A stretch of 28,243 nucleotides of DNA from Myxococcota bacterium (lineage in GTDB: Bacteria > Myxococcota_A > UBA9042 > PHBI01 > JAWLBL01): the NCBI GenBank assembly GCA_041687695.1, contig JAWLBL010000049.1, forward strand, positions 1 to 28,243, written 5' to 3'. Below are positions 6,034-14,394 of this stretch, piece after piece (position 1 is the stretch's first letter; the number at the start of each line of letters is the position of its first letter). A program made the translations under genes and the position numbers. The notes under the pieces are model-generated. The model was not told where the DNA came from. It worked only from the letters and a program-made list of their open reading frames with translations, and did no database searches.

Positions 6034-8495
6034 TGCGAACGAAATCCCGTCTTTTGACCCGCCACCTCCTGGCCCCCGCCTTCGCGCTGGGCGCCCTCGC
6101 CGCCACCGGCTGCGGCAAGCAGCCCGAGCCCGCCCCGGCCCCGACGCCTCCGTCGGCCGTGACCGCGCCCGAGAAGCCCGCCGAGCCGCCGCCCGCGCCG
6201 CCCTCGCCGCTGGCCGACGCCGAGGCCGCGCTGACGCAGCCGGTCGAGACGCCCGAGGCCATCACCGCGGCCCTGCAGAAGGCCGAGGAGCTGGCGACCT
6301 GGGCCGAGAAGAACCCCGGCGCCGAGGCCGCCAAGGCCCGCCTGACGTCGGCGCGCTTGCGGCTGGTGGCCGTCGCCGCCGCGGCAGGCCTGGACAGCGA
6401 GCCGGCGCAGCGCGCGCTGGGCGGCGAGGCCAAGCAGCTGGCCGGCATCCGCGCGACCCTGGATCTGCTGGCCCAGCAGCCGGCCGAGGGCGTCGACCCC
6501 AAGCCGGTCGCCGACGCCGTACAGGCCATCCTGGGCGCCGACCCCGAGCAGAAGGAGGTCACCTTCGACCGCGGGGCCGCCGAGGCCCTGGCGAAGGGGA
6601 CGACGCTCGAGGGCGCCGCCGTCCGCGTCCTGTGGCTGGCGCGCTACCAGCGCGCGCTCGAGGCGCTGACCAACCCGACCGCCGAGATGGCGGTGCCGGC
6701 GATGTCGCGCGCGGTCGGGCGGCTGCTGTGCGCGACCTGCGCCGACGCGCACCACGTCACGCCCGACGTGGTCACGCGCTTTCTGCTCAACCCCAAGAAC
6801 ACCGACGGCGTCGTGTGCGCGTCGGCCGTGACGGCCGCGCAGGAGGCAACGACCGCGACGGCCCAGCTCGAGGCCATGGCGACGTGCCGCGAGGCGCTGG
6901 GCGTGAGCGACCCCACCGACCCGGCCTTGTTCTGGGGCACCAACGCGCTGGCGGCGGCGACGCTGACCCAGGCGTCGGCGCTGGCCAACGCGCCGGCCGT
7001 CGAGGGCGCGCTGGCGACCGCGGCCAAGCGCAAGGCCGAGGCCGTCGGTCAGCGCCTGTCGGGCGTCTTCGCCCTGCCGGTGCCGGTGGTCGTCGAGAAG
7101 CTGCCGGAGTCGGGCGAGCGCGTGGTGGGGACGCTGCCGGCGATGGTCGACGGGCTCGGCGTCGGCGGGCTGACGGCGACCAGGCAGGCGCTGCCGACCG
7201 TCGTGGTCGGCCCGGACGCCGTCAAGATAGGCCTGCGGCCGCTGGTCGAGGTGCGTGACGGCAAGGTCGTCGCGCTCAACCCCGAGCTGAACCTGCCGTC
7301 GGGCGGGCGATCGGTCATCACGCTCGAGGCGCTGGCCGAGGCCGAGCCGGCCGAGGGGCAGACCGGGGTCGCCGAGGTCATGTCGGGGGCCGCCGAGATG
7401 AAGCTGGGCGCCGAGAAGGTCGCGGCGCGGGTCGCCCCGGCGGCGCTCGGGGCCGGCGAGGTGGGCGGTGTGGTGAACGTCGCCGTGGACGCGCAGGCGC
7501 CGGCCTGGGCCGTGGTCAAGACGCTGGACGGCCTGAAGGCGGGCGGGTTCGAGCACGTGCGCTTCCTGAAGACCGCGACGCACACGCGACAGCTGCCGCT
7601 GGTGGTGCGTCAGGCGCCCGAGGCGGTGACGCAGCGCACGGCGGGCTTCGCGCGGCCGCTCATCGCGGTGGTCGGCGCGACGCACGTGGACGTGTGGACG
7701 CCCGAGGGCGACGGCCCCGAGGGCGTGAAGAAGGACGCCGACGCCAAGATGCCCGAGGGGCTCGAGCCCGGTTACAAGGGCAAGGCGCTGGTGCGGCTGC
7801 GCGTGCCGATCCCCGAGGGGATGGGCTACGGGCTGACGGCGCCGACCCTGCAGCAGGTCGACGCGGCCATCGGCTACTTCGAGAAGACCACGGGCGCCAC
7901 CGGGACGCTGCACGTCGTCGCGGGCGAGGGCGCGCGCGCGGCGGACGTCCTGCGGGTCGCGCAGGCCTATCAGGAGAAGGCGGGCAAGGAGCTGGCCGAC
8001 CCGACGACCCTGTGGCCCGAGGTGACCTGCGGCGGCCCCGAGTACGTCAAGGCGCGCCGCACGCCCGAGGGCTGCGCCACGGCGGTCGCGGTGGCGTTCT
8101 CGGCCGTCGAGGAGCCGTCGAGCAAGGGGATCCGCGACTCCATCGTGGAGAAAAAGGACGCCCCGCCCAAGAAGGCCGAGCCGCCGCCGCAGGCCGGCTT
8201 CTGCAACCAGAACGACATCCGCGTGAACATGAACAAGCGGATGGGCTCGTTCCGGTTCTGCTACGAGCGCGAGCTGCAGCTCAAGAACTCGCTCGAGGGG
8301 CGCGTCGTCCTGAAGTTCACCATCGGGCCCGACGGCTCGGTGCAGGGCGAGCCGACCATCGCGTCGGCCACGCTCAAGGACGAGTCCGTCCACAAGTGCA
8401 TGATCAACAACGTGAAGAAGGTGAAGTTCGGCAAGCCCGAGGGCGGCGTGTGCGTCGTCCAGTACCCGTTCGTGTTCCAGAACAAGGGCAACTGA
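6030..8495 (+). CDS. Large lipoprotein with ExbD/TolR-like modules and a C-terminal AgmX/PglI (TonB-C-like) domain, ~821 aa
   Basis: Lipobox LAATG-C; C-terminal FRFCYERELQ..LEGRVVLKFTIGPDGSV..VHKCMI..KFGKPEGG..VQYPFVF; internal VAVDAQAPAWAVVKTLDGLKAGGFEHVRF; ATGA coupling to the upstream gene. Confidence 0.85.
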   Translation: MMRTKSRLLTRHLLAPAFALGALAATGCGKQPEPAPAPTPPSAVTAPEKPAEPPPAPPSPLADAEAALTQPVETPEAITAALQKAEELATWAEKNPGAEAAKARLTSARLRLVAVAAAAGLDSEPAQRALGGEAKQLAGIRATLDLLAQQPAEGVDPKPVADAVQAILGADPEQKEVTFDRGAAEALAKGTTLEGAAVRVLWLARYQRALEALTNPTAEMAVPAMSRAVGRLLCATCADAHHVTPDVVTRFLLNPKNTDGVVCASAVTAAQEATTATAQLEAMATCREALGVSDPTDPALFWGTNALAAATLTQASALANAPAVEGALATAAKRKAEAVGQRLSGVFALPVPVVVEKLPESGERVVGTLPAMVDGLGVGGLTATRQALPTVVVGPDAVKIGLRPLVEVRDGKVVALNPELNLPSGGRSVITLEALAEAEPAEGQTGVAEVMSGAAEMKLGAEKVAARVAPAALGAGEVGGVVNVAVDAQAPAWAVVKTLDGLKAGGFEHVRFLKTATHTRQLPLVVRQAPEAVTQRTAGFARPLIAVVGATHVDVWTPEGDGPEGVKKDADAKMPEGLEPGYKGKALVRLRVPIPEGMGYGLTAPTLQQVDAAIGYFEKTTGATGTLHVVAGEGARAADVLRVAQAYQEKAGKELADPTTLWPEVTCGGPEYVKARRTPEGCATAVAVAFSAVEEPSSKGIRDSIVEKKDAPPKKAEPPPQAGFCNQNDIRVNMNKRMGSFRFCYERELQLKNSLEGRVVLKFTIGPDGSVQGEPTIASATLKDESVHKCMINNVKKVKFGKPEGGVCVVQYPFVFQNKGN

Positions 8496-8513
8496 GCGTC
8501 ATCGCCGGATGCG

Positions 8514-8574
8514 AGCGGCGCCGGCCGGCGTGCGGTCCCCTGGACGGGGGCTGCCGCCGGCCGGTGTCGTTTCG
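8514..8574 (+). terminator. Long hairpin between convergent genes (terminator)
   Basis: CGGCGCCGGCCGGCG ... CGCCGGCCGGTGTCG, with G-U pairs favouring the + strand; inner TCCCC/GGGGG stem; followed by TTT. Confidence 0.6.
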
Positions 8575-8614
8575 AAGGGCGAAGTCCGCCTCGGAGGTGA
8601 CCCGGACGGCCTGG

Positions 8615-9295
8615 TCAGCGCGCGACGATGGCCTCGAGGCAGGTGCGCAGGCCCTGGAAGGCGCGGGCGCGGTGGCTGATCCGGTTCTTCTCGGCCTGGG
8701 CCAGCTCGGCGAAGGTCTGGTCGGCCGGCGGATAGAGGAACAGCGGGTCGTAGCCGAAGCCGCCCTGCCCGCGTGGCGCGCGCAGGATGAAGCCACCGCA
8801 GCGGCCCTCGATGGTGGCCATGGCGGCGCCGGGCGGGAGATCGCGGCGGCTGGGGCTGCGCCAGTCGCAGCCGGGGCGCGCAGGCACGGCGCGGTCCTCG
8901 GGGACCAGCAGGACCAGCGAGCAGACGAAGGCGGCCGTACGCTGGCCGTCGGGGACGTCGGCCAGCTCGCGCAGGAGCAGCGCGTTGTTGTCCTCGTCGG
9001 TGGCGCGCTCGCCGGCAAAGCGCGCGCTGAGGACGCCGGGGGCGCCGCGCAGGGCGTCGACCACCAGGCCGGAGTCGTCCGCGAGGGCCATCGCGCCGGT
9101 GCGCGTGAAGGCGGCGGCGGCCTTGAGCAGGGCGTTGTCCTCGAAGGTGGCGCCCGTCTCGGCGACCTCGGGGACGCCGCACTCGGCGGCGCTGACGACC
9201 TCGATGGGCAACGCCGCCAGCAGCTGGCGCAGCTCGGCCAGCTTGTGCGGGTTGCGGGAAGAGACGACCAGCAGGTCCTGTTGCGAGGAAGTCAT
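8615..9295 (-). CDS. rdgB: Non-canonical purine NTP pyrophosphatase (RdgB/HAM1), ~226 aa
   Basis: SRNPHKLAE, ETGATFEDNALLKA, LADDSGLVVDAL-GAPGVLSAR, GFGYDPLF, KNRISHRARA; GGAGG SD before ATG 9295. Confidence 0.96.
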   Translation of the reverse strand: MTSSQQDLLVVSSRNPHKLAELRQLLAALPIEVVSAAECGVPEVAETGATFEDNALLKAAAAFTRTGAMALADDSGLVVDALRGAPGVLSARFAGERATDEDNNALLLRELADVPDGQRTAAFVCSLVLLVPEDRAVPARPGCDWRSPSRRDLPPGAAMATIEGRCGGFILRAPRGQGGFGYDPLFLYPPADQTFAELAQAEKNRISHRARAFQGLRTCLEAIVAR

Positions 9296-9447
9296 GAGAG
9301 CCTCCAGGGTGCCGAGCGCGGCGACTGTCCCCCACCGGGGCAGGCTGCGCAATCCTTTGTTTTCGCTCGGGTCGCGCCCGGCCGCTGGCCGCGCGCCGGC
9401 GGCTCCGCTATGGTGCGCCGCAAGCCCGAGAGGTTGAGGAGAGGACG

Positions 9448-10878
9448 ATGAGCGAGACCCTTACCGCGCTCGCGCGCTTTGGCGTGGACGAGCCGGCGCT
9501 GCAGGAGACCTTGGGCGCCATCATGGGCCGGGACGTCGACGACGCCGACCTGTACTTCGAGCACGTCGAGAGCGAAGGGCTCTCGCTCGAGGAGGGCATC
9601 GTCAAGAAGGCCTCGCGCTCGGTGCACCAGGGCGTCGGCGTGCGGGCGGTGGCCGGCGACCGGACCGGCTACGCGCACTCGGACGAGATCGACGGGGCGC
9701 GGCTGCTCGAGGCGGCCCAGGCGGCGCGGGCCATCGCGCGTCAGGGCGGCTCGCAGCGCTCCGTCGCCATCGCCGGGTCGGGCAAGACGCACGACCTGTA
9801 CCCCGTGACCGACCACGCGGTCGACGAGCCGCTCGAGGCCAAGCTCGGCCTGCTCGAGCGCATCGACCGGGCGGCGCGCGCCGTGGACCCGCGGATCCAG
9901 CAGGTCATGGCCAGCTTCGCCAGCGAGCGCAAGACCGTCGCCATCGTCACCGCCGACGGCCGGGTCGTCGTCGACGAGCGGCCGCTGACGCGCCTGAACG
10001 TCACCTGCATCGCCGTCGACGGCAAAAACCGCCAGGTCGGCAGCGCCGGCGGCGGCGGACGCAACGCCTTCTCGTTCTTCCTCGAGGCGGATCGCTGGCA
10101 GGAGTACGTCGAGGAGGCCGCGCGGCGGGCGGTGCTGAACCTGTCGGCCGTCGACTCGCCGGCGGGAGAGATGGACGTGGTGCTCGGACCGGGCTGGCCG
10201 GGCATCCTGCTGCACGAGGCCATCGGCCACGGCCTCGAGGGCGACTTCAACCGCAAGGGGACCAGCGCGTTCTCCGGCATGGTCGGGCGGCAGGTCGCGA
10301 GCCCGCTGGTCACGGTGGTCGACGACGGCACCATCGCGTCGCGCCGCGGCAGCCTGAACGTGGACGACGAGGGCACGCCGACGCAGCGGACGGTGCTCAT
10401 CGAGGACGGCATCCTCAAGGGCTACCTGCAGGACCGCACCAACGCCCGCCTGATGGGCGTGGCGCCGACCGGCAACGGCCGCCGCGAGTCGTACGCGCAC
10501 GTGCCGATGCCGCGCATGACCAACACCTTCATGCTGGCGGGCGAGCAGGATCCCGCGGACATCATCCGGGGCGTCAAGCGCGGCATCTACGCGGTCGCCT
10601 TCGGCGGCGGACAGGTCGACATCACCAGCGGCAAGTTCACCTTCACCGGCTCCGAGGCCTACCTCATCGAGGACGGGCAGGTCACCAAGCCCATCAAGGG
10701 CGCGACCTTCATCGGCAACGGGCCCGAGGTCCTCAAGCAGGTGACGGCGGTGGGTAACGATCTGCAGCTCGATCGCGGCGTCGGGACCTGTGGCAAGGAG
10801 GGCCAGTCGGTGCCGGTCGGCGTCGGGCTGCCCACGATTCGCATCAACGGACTGACCGTCGGCGGCGTCGCCGTCTGA
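9448..10878 (+). CDS. tldD: Metalloprotease TldD
   Basis: GWPGILLHEAIGHGLEGDFNRKGTSAF, GNGRRESYAHVPMPRMTNT, GTCGKEGQSVPVGVG; GAGGAG SD. Confidence 0.96.
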   Translation: MSETLTALARFGVDEPALQETLGAIMGRDVDDADLYFEHVESEGLSLEEGIVKKASRSVHQGVGVRAVAGDRTGYAHSDEIDGARLLEAAQAARAIARQGGSQRSVAIAGSGKTHDLYPVTDHAVDEPLEAKLGLLERIDRAARAVDPRIQQVMASFASERKTVAIVTADGRVVVDERPLTRLNVTCIAVDGKNRQVGSAGGGGRNAFSFFLEADRWQEYVEEAARRAVLNLSAVDSPAGEMDVVLGPGWPGILLHEAIGHGLEGDFNRKGTSAFSGMVGRQVASPLVTVVDDGTIASRRGSLNVDDEGTPTQRTVLIEDGILKGYLQDRTNARLMGVAPTGNGRRESYAHVPMPRMTNTFMLAGEQDPADIIRGVKRGIYAVAFGGGQVDITSGKFTFTGSEAYLIEDGQVTKPIKGATFIGNGPEVLKQVTAVGNDLQLDRGVGTCGKEGQSVPVGVGLPTIRINGLTVGGVAV

Positions 10879-10889
10879 GGAGCTGGGGG

Positions 10890-12254
10890 ATGACCAAGGA
10901 CGTCACCGAGGATCGTCAGGCGCTGCTGCAGCACGTCCTGGACACGGCCAAGCGCCACGGGGCCACGGCCGCCGACGCGCTGTTCGTGTCGGGGCGCTCG
11001 ACCGAGGTGCGGGTGCGCCTGGGCGAGACGGAGCAGGTCAAGCAGAGCCGCAGCAAGGGCGTGGGCCTGCGCGTCTTCGTCGGCTCGCGCAGCGCGACCA
11101 CCAGCTCGAGCGATCTGTCGAAGGCCTCGCTCGAGGACCTCATCGCGCGGACCGTCGCGGCCGCCCGGGTCACCGCCGAGGACCCGGCCGCGCGCCTGCC
11201 GGACGCGGCGCTGTACGCCGACGAGCCGCCCGGCGACCTGGAGCTGTTCGACGAGCGCCTGCTGAGCCTGGACGCCGAGACCGCCATCGAGATGGCCAGG
11301 GCCTGCGAGGACGCCGCCCGCTCGGCCGACCCGCGGGTCACCAACTCCGAGGGCGGCGACATGAGCTGGGGCGTCTCCGAGACGCACTTCGCCAACACGC
11401 TGGGTGTCTACCGCGTCAAGCGCGGCGGCTCGGTGGGCCTGTGGACGACGCCGCTGGTCGAGGCCGAGGGCGTCAAGGAGCGCGACTACTGGTACACCAG
11501 CGCGCGCTACCTGGCGGACCTGGCCTCCCCCGAGTCGGTCGGCCGCGAAGCGACCCGCCGCGCCCTGCGCCGCCTGGGCGCGCGCAAGCCCAAGACCTGC
11601 CAGGTCCCGATCATCTTCGAGGCGCCGGTCGCCTCGCGGCTGCTGGGCGCCCTGGCCGGCGCCGTCTGCGGCGGGGCGGTCTATCGCAACGCCAGCTACC
11701 TCGCCGGCCTGGTGGGCGAGCGCATCGCCGCGCCCGAGGTCACCATCGTCGACAACCCGCACATCAAGCGCGGCCCGGCCTCCAAGCCCTTCGACGGCGA
11801 GGGGCTCGCGACCTCGCAGACGGTGGTGGTCGAGGGCGGCGTCCTGAAGAGCTACCTCCTCGACACCTACAGCGCCGCCAAGCTGGGTCTGCAGACCACG
11901 CGCAACGCCAGCCGCGGCCTGGCCGGCACCCCGTCCGCCTCGCCCACCAACCTGTGGATGCAGCCGGGACAGGCCTCGCTCGAGGAGCTGATCGCCGACG
12001 TGAAGCAAGGCCTGCTGGTGACCGAGCTCATCGGCTTCGGCGTCAACGCCATCACGGGCGACTACAGCCAGGGCGCCTCGGGCCTGTGGATCGAGAACGG
12101 CCAGATCGCCTACCCGGTCAGCGAGCTGACCATCGCCTCGACCCTGCCCGAGATGTGGCGGACCCTCGACGGCATCGGCTCGGACCGCGATCCGCACCGC
12201 TCGGTCAGCGCGCCGTCGCTGCGCATCGCCAAGATGACCGTCGCCGGCAGCTGA
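10890..12254 (+). CDS. pmbA: TldE/PmbA, partner subunit of TldD
   Basis: PFDGEG, YLLDTYSAAKLG, GVNAITGDYSQGASGLWIENG; lacks HExxH; 11 bp after tldD. Confidence 0.94.
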   Translation: MTKDVTEDRQALLQHVLDTAKRHGATAADALFVSGRSTEVRVRLGETEQVKQSRSKGVGLRVFVGSRSATTSSSDLSKASLEDLIARTVAAARVTAEDPAARLPDAALYADEPPGDLELFDERLLSLDAETAIEMARACEDAARSADPRVTNSEGGDMSWGVSETHFANTLGVYRVKRGGSVGLWTTPLVEAEGVKERDYWYTSARYLADLASPESVGREATRRALRRLGARKPKTCQVPIIFEAPVASRLLGALAGAVCGGAVYRNASYLAGLVGERIAAPEVTIVDNPHIKRGPASKPFDGEGLATSQTVVVEGGVLKSYLLDTYSAAKLGLQTTRNASRGLAGTPSASPTNLWMQPGQASLEELIADVKQGLLVTELIGFGVNAITGDYSQGASGLWIENGQIAYPVSELTIASTLPEMWRTLDGIGSDRDPHRSVSAPSLRIAKMTVAGS

Positions 12255-12290
12255 CGACCGGCTCGGCGACCTCGCCCCCCTCGCTTGAAC

Positions 12291-12353
12291 GGGGTGCTCC
12301 GGTGCTGAAGGGAGGAGTTGCGCCCCCGCCCTCCCCCAAAACCGGAGCTCCCC
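12291..12353 (+). promoter_or_regulatory. Stem-loop occluding the SD of the TPR gene
   Basis: GGGG-T-GCTCCGGT ... ACCGGAGC-T-CCCC outer stem with an inner GGGAGG/CCTCCC stem; ends 1 nt before ATG 12355. Confidence 0.45.
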
Positions 12354-12354
12354 C

Positions 12355-14088
12355 ATGCGAACGACACCCTCTCGTCGGGCGCGGGCCTTCGTGCGCGGAG
12401 CGCTGTCGGGCCTCGCGGCGCTCGCCTCGGCTTGCGCCTCCGCGCCCCCGGCCGTCCCCACGCCGCCGCCGCCAGCCGCCACGGCCGGCGCCCAGGGCCA
12501 TGCGGCCCACCCGGCCGCCGCGGCGCGCCCGACCCCGCCCGAGTCGGCGCCGAAGCTGATCGTCGGGACCGGCGACTACACCTTCCCCGTCTCGACGCAG
12601 TCGCAACGCGCCCAGGCCCACTTCGACCAGGGCCTCGCCTTCCTCTACGGCTTCGACCGCCACGCGGCCCTGCGTGCCTTCGAGGCCGCCGTGCATCACG
12701 ACCCGAACCTGGCGATGGCCTGGTGGGGCGTCGCGATGGCGCACGGCCCCAACATCAACGAGCCGATGGGCGCCGAGGCGCGAGCCGCCGGCTGGCAGGC
12801 CATCCAGCGCGCGCGGGCGGCTTCGGCCGGGGCCACGGCCCGAGAGCGGGCCTACGTCGAGGCCGCGGCCGTGCTCTTCGACCCGTCCCGGCCGCTCGAC
12901 CAGGCCATGGTCGCCTACGCCCAGGCGATGGGGCGCCTGTCGGCCCAGTACCCCGACGACGTCGACGCCGCGACGATGCACGCCGAGGCGCTGATGGATC
13001 TCCGCCCCTGGGACTACTGGACCGCCGACGGCCGCCCGCAGCCGGGGACCGAGGAGACCATCGCCATCCTCGAGCGCGTCCTCGCGCGCGCCCCCCACCA
13101 CGCGGGCGCCAACCACTACACCATCCACATCCTCGAGGCCTCTCCGAACCCCGAGCGGGCCGTGCCCGCCGCCGATCGGCTGGGCGGCTTGAACCCGGTC
13201 ATCGGCCACATGGTGCACATGCCGGGGCACATCTACATGCAGGTCGGGCGCTACGAGGACGCGGCCGAGGCCAACCGGCGCGCGCTCGAGGCCGATCGTC
13301 GCTTCACGTCGCAGACCGAGCCCGGCGGCGCCTGGCCGATGTACCACGCCCACAACATCCACTTCCTGTCGGCGGCGGCCGCGTGGCAGGGCAACAGCCG
13401 CGAGGCGCTCGACGCGGCGCGCGATCTGGCGGGCACGGTGCCCGTGGAGCACGCGCTCGCCATGCCGATGATGGAGATGTTCACGGTCTGGCCCTTCCTC
13501 ACGGCGCTACGCTTCGCCCGCTACGACGAGGTCCTCGCCACGCCGCGCCCCGATCCACGGCTGCGGTACACCACGGCGATGTGGCATTACGCGCGCGGCA
13601 TGGCGCACGCCGCCCAGGGTCGCCTCGCCGAGGCGCGCCGTGAGGCCGCCCTGTTCGACGAGATCCGCGAGCGGATCCCCACCGACACCGTCATCGGGCA
13701 GACCCGCGCCCAGGCGCTGACGGACATCGGGCGCGAGGTCCTGTCCAGCGAGATCGCCGCCCGCGAGGGCGACCGCGACCGCTCGATCGCCCACCTCGAG
13801 CGCGCCGTGGCCCTCGAACGCCAGATCCCCTACGACGAGCCCCACGACTGGTACCAGCCGGCGGCCCATCACCTGGGCGCGCGGCTGCTCGAAGCCGGCC
13901 GCGCCAGCGAGGCCGAGGCCGTCTACCGCGCCGATCTCGAGCGCCACCCCGAGAACGGCTGGGCCCTGTTCGGCCTGACCCGCAGCCTCGAAGCCCAGGG
14001 CCGCGCGGACGAGGCCATCGAGGTACGCCGCCGCTTCGAACGCGCCTGGCGCAACGCCGACATCGAGCTCGACGCCTCGCGCCTCTGA
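12355..14088 (+). CDS. His-rich tetratricopeptide-repeat lipoprotein of unknown function, 577 aa
   Basis: Lipobox LASA-C; TPR-like helices (AQAHFDQGL, AMAWWGVAMA, HPENGWALFGL); motifs HYTIH, HMVHMPGHIY, YHAHNIHF. Confidence 0.85.
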   Translation: MRTTPSRRARAFVRGALSGLAALASACASAPPAVPTPPPPAATAGAQGHAAHPAAAARPTPPESAPKLIVGTGDYTFPVSTQSQRAQAHFDQGLAFLYGFDRHAALRAFEAAVHHDPNLAMAWWGVAMAHGPNINEPMGAEARAAGWQAIQRARAASAGATARERAYVEAAAVLFDPSRPLDQAMVAYAQAMGRLSAQYPDDVDAATMHAEALMDLRPWDYWTADGRPQPGTEETIAILERVLARAPHHAGANHYTIHILEASPNPERAVPAADRLGGLNPVIGHMVHMPGHIYMQVGRYEDAAEANRRALEADRRFTSQTEPGGAWPMYHAHNIHFLSAAAAWQGNSREALDAARDLAGTVPVEHALAMPMMEMFTVWPFLTALRFARYDEVLATPRPDPRLRYTTAMWHYARGMAHAAQGRLAEARREAALFDEIRERIPTDTVIGQTRAQALTDIGREVLSSEIAAREGDRDRSIAHLERAVALERQIPYDEPHDWYQPAAHHLGARLLEAGRASEAEAVYRADLERHPENGWALFGLTRSLEAQGRADEAIEVRRRFERAWRNADIELDASRL

Positions 14089-14116
14089 CCGGGCCGCCCC
14101 ACCTGAACGGGCGTAT

Positions 14117-14361
14117 CCCTTTTTCCACCCGCCACCGACACGCGTGTCGTTCGCCGGCCCCCTTTTGCACCCGCAACCGACACGCGTGTCGTTCGCCGGC
14201 CCCCTTTTGCACCCGCAACCGGCACGCGTGTCGTTCGCCGGCCCCCTTTTGCACCCGCAACCGACGCGCGTGTCGTTCGCCGGCCCCCTTTTGCACCCGC
14301 AACCGACGCGCATGTCGTTAGCGGGCCCCCTCGTCCACCCGCAACCGACACGCGTGTCGTT
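14117..14361. repeat. Intergenic 42-bp tandem repeat (~5.8 copies), each unit with a 14-bp palindrome
   Basis: Unit CCGACACGCGTGTCGTTCGCCGGCCCCCTTTTGCACCCGCAA starts at 14135, 14177, 14219, 14261, 14303 and 14345 (partial); no unique spacers. Confidence 0.95.
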
Positions 14362-14394
14362 GCCCGGCGGAAGATCCCACTCGCGCGGGCCGCG

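Noticed and set aside
6723..6760. c-type heme motif in the large lipoprotein (CATCADAHH)
   Set aside because: Not CxxCH: the residue after the second Cys is Ala; disulfides are more likely.
14117..14361. CRISPR array
   Set aside because: Sequences between the palindromes are near-identical (no unique spacers) and there are no cas genes in the window.
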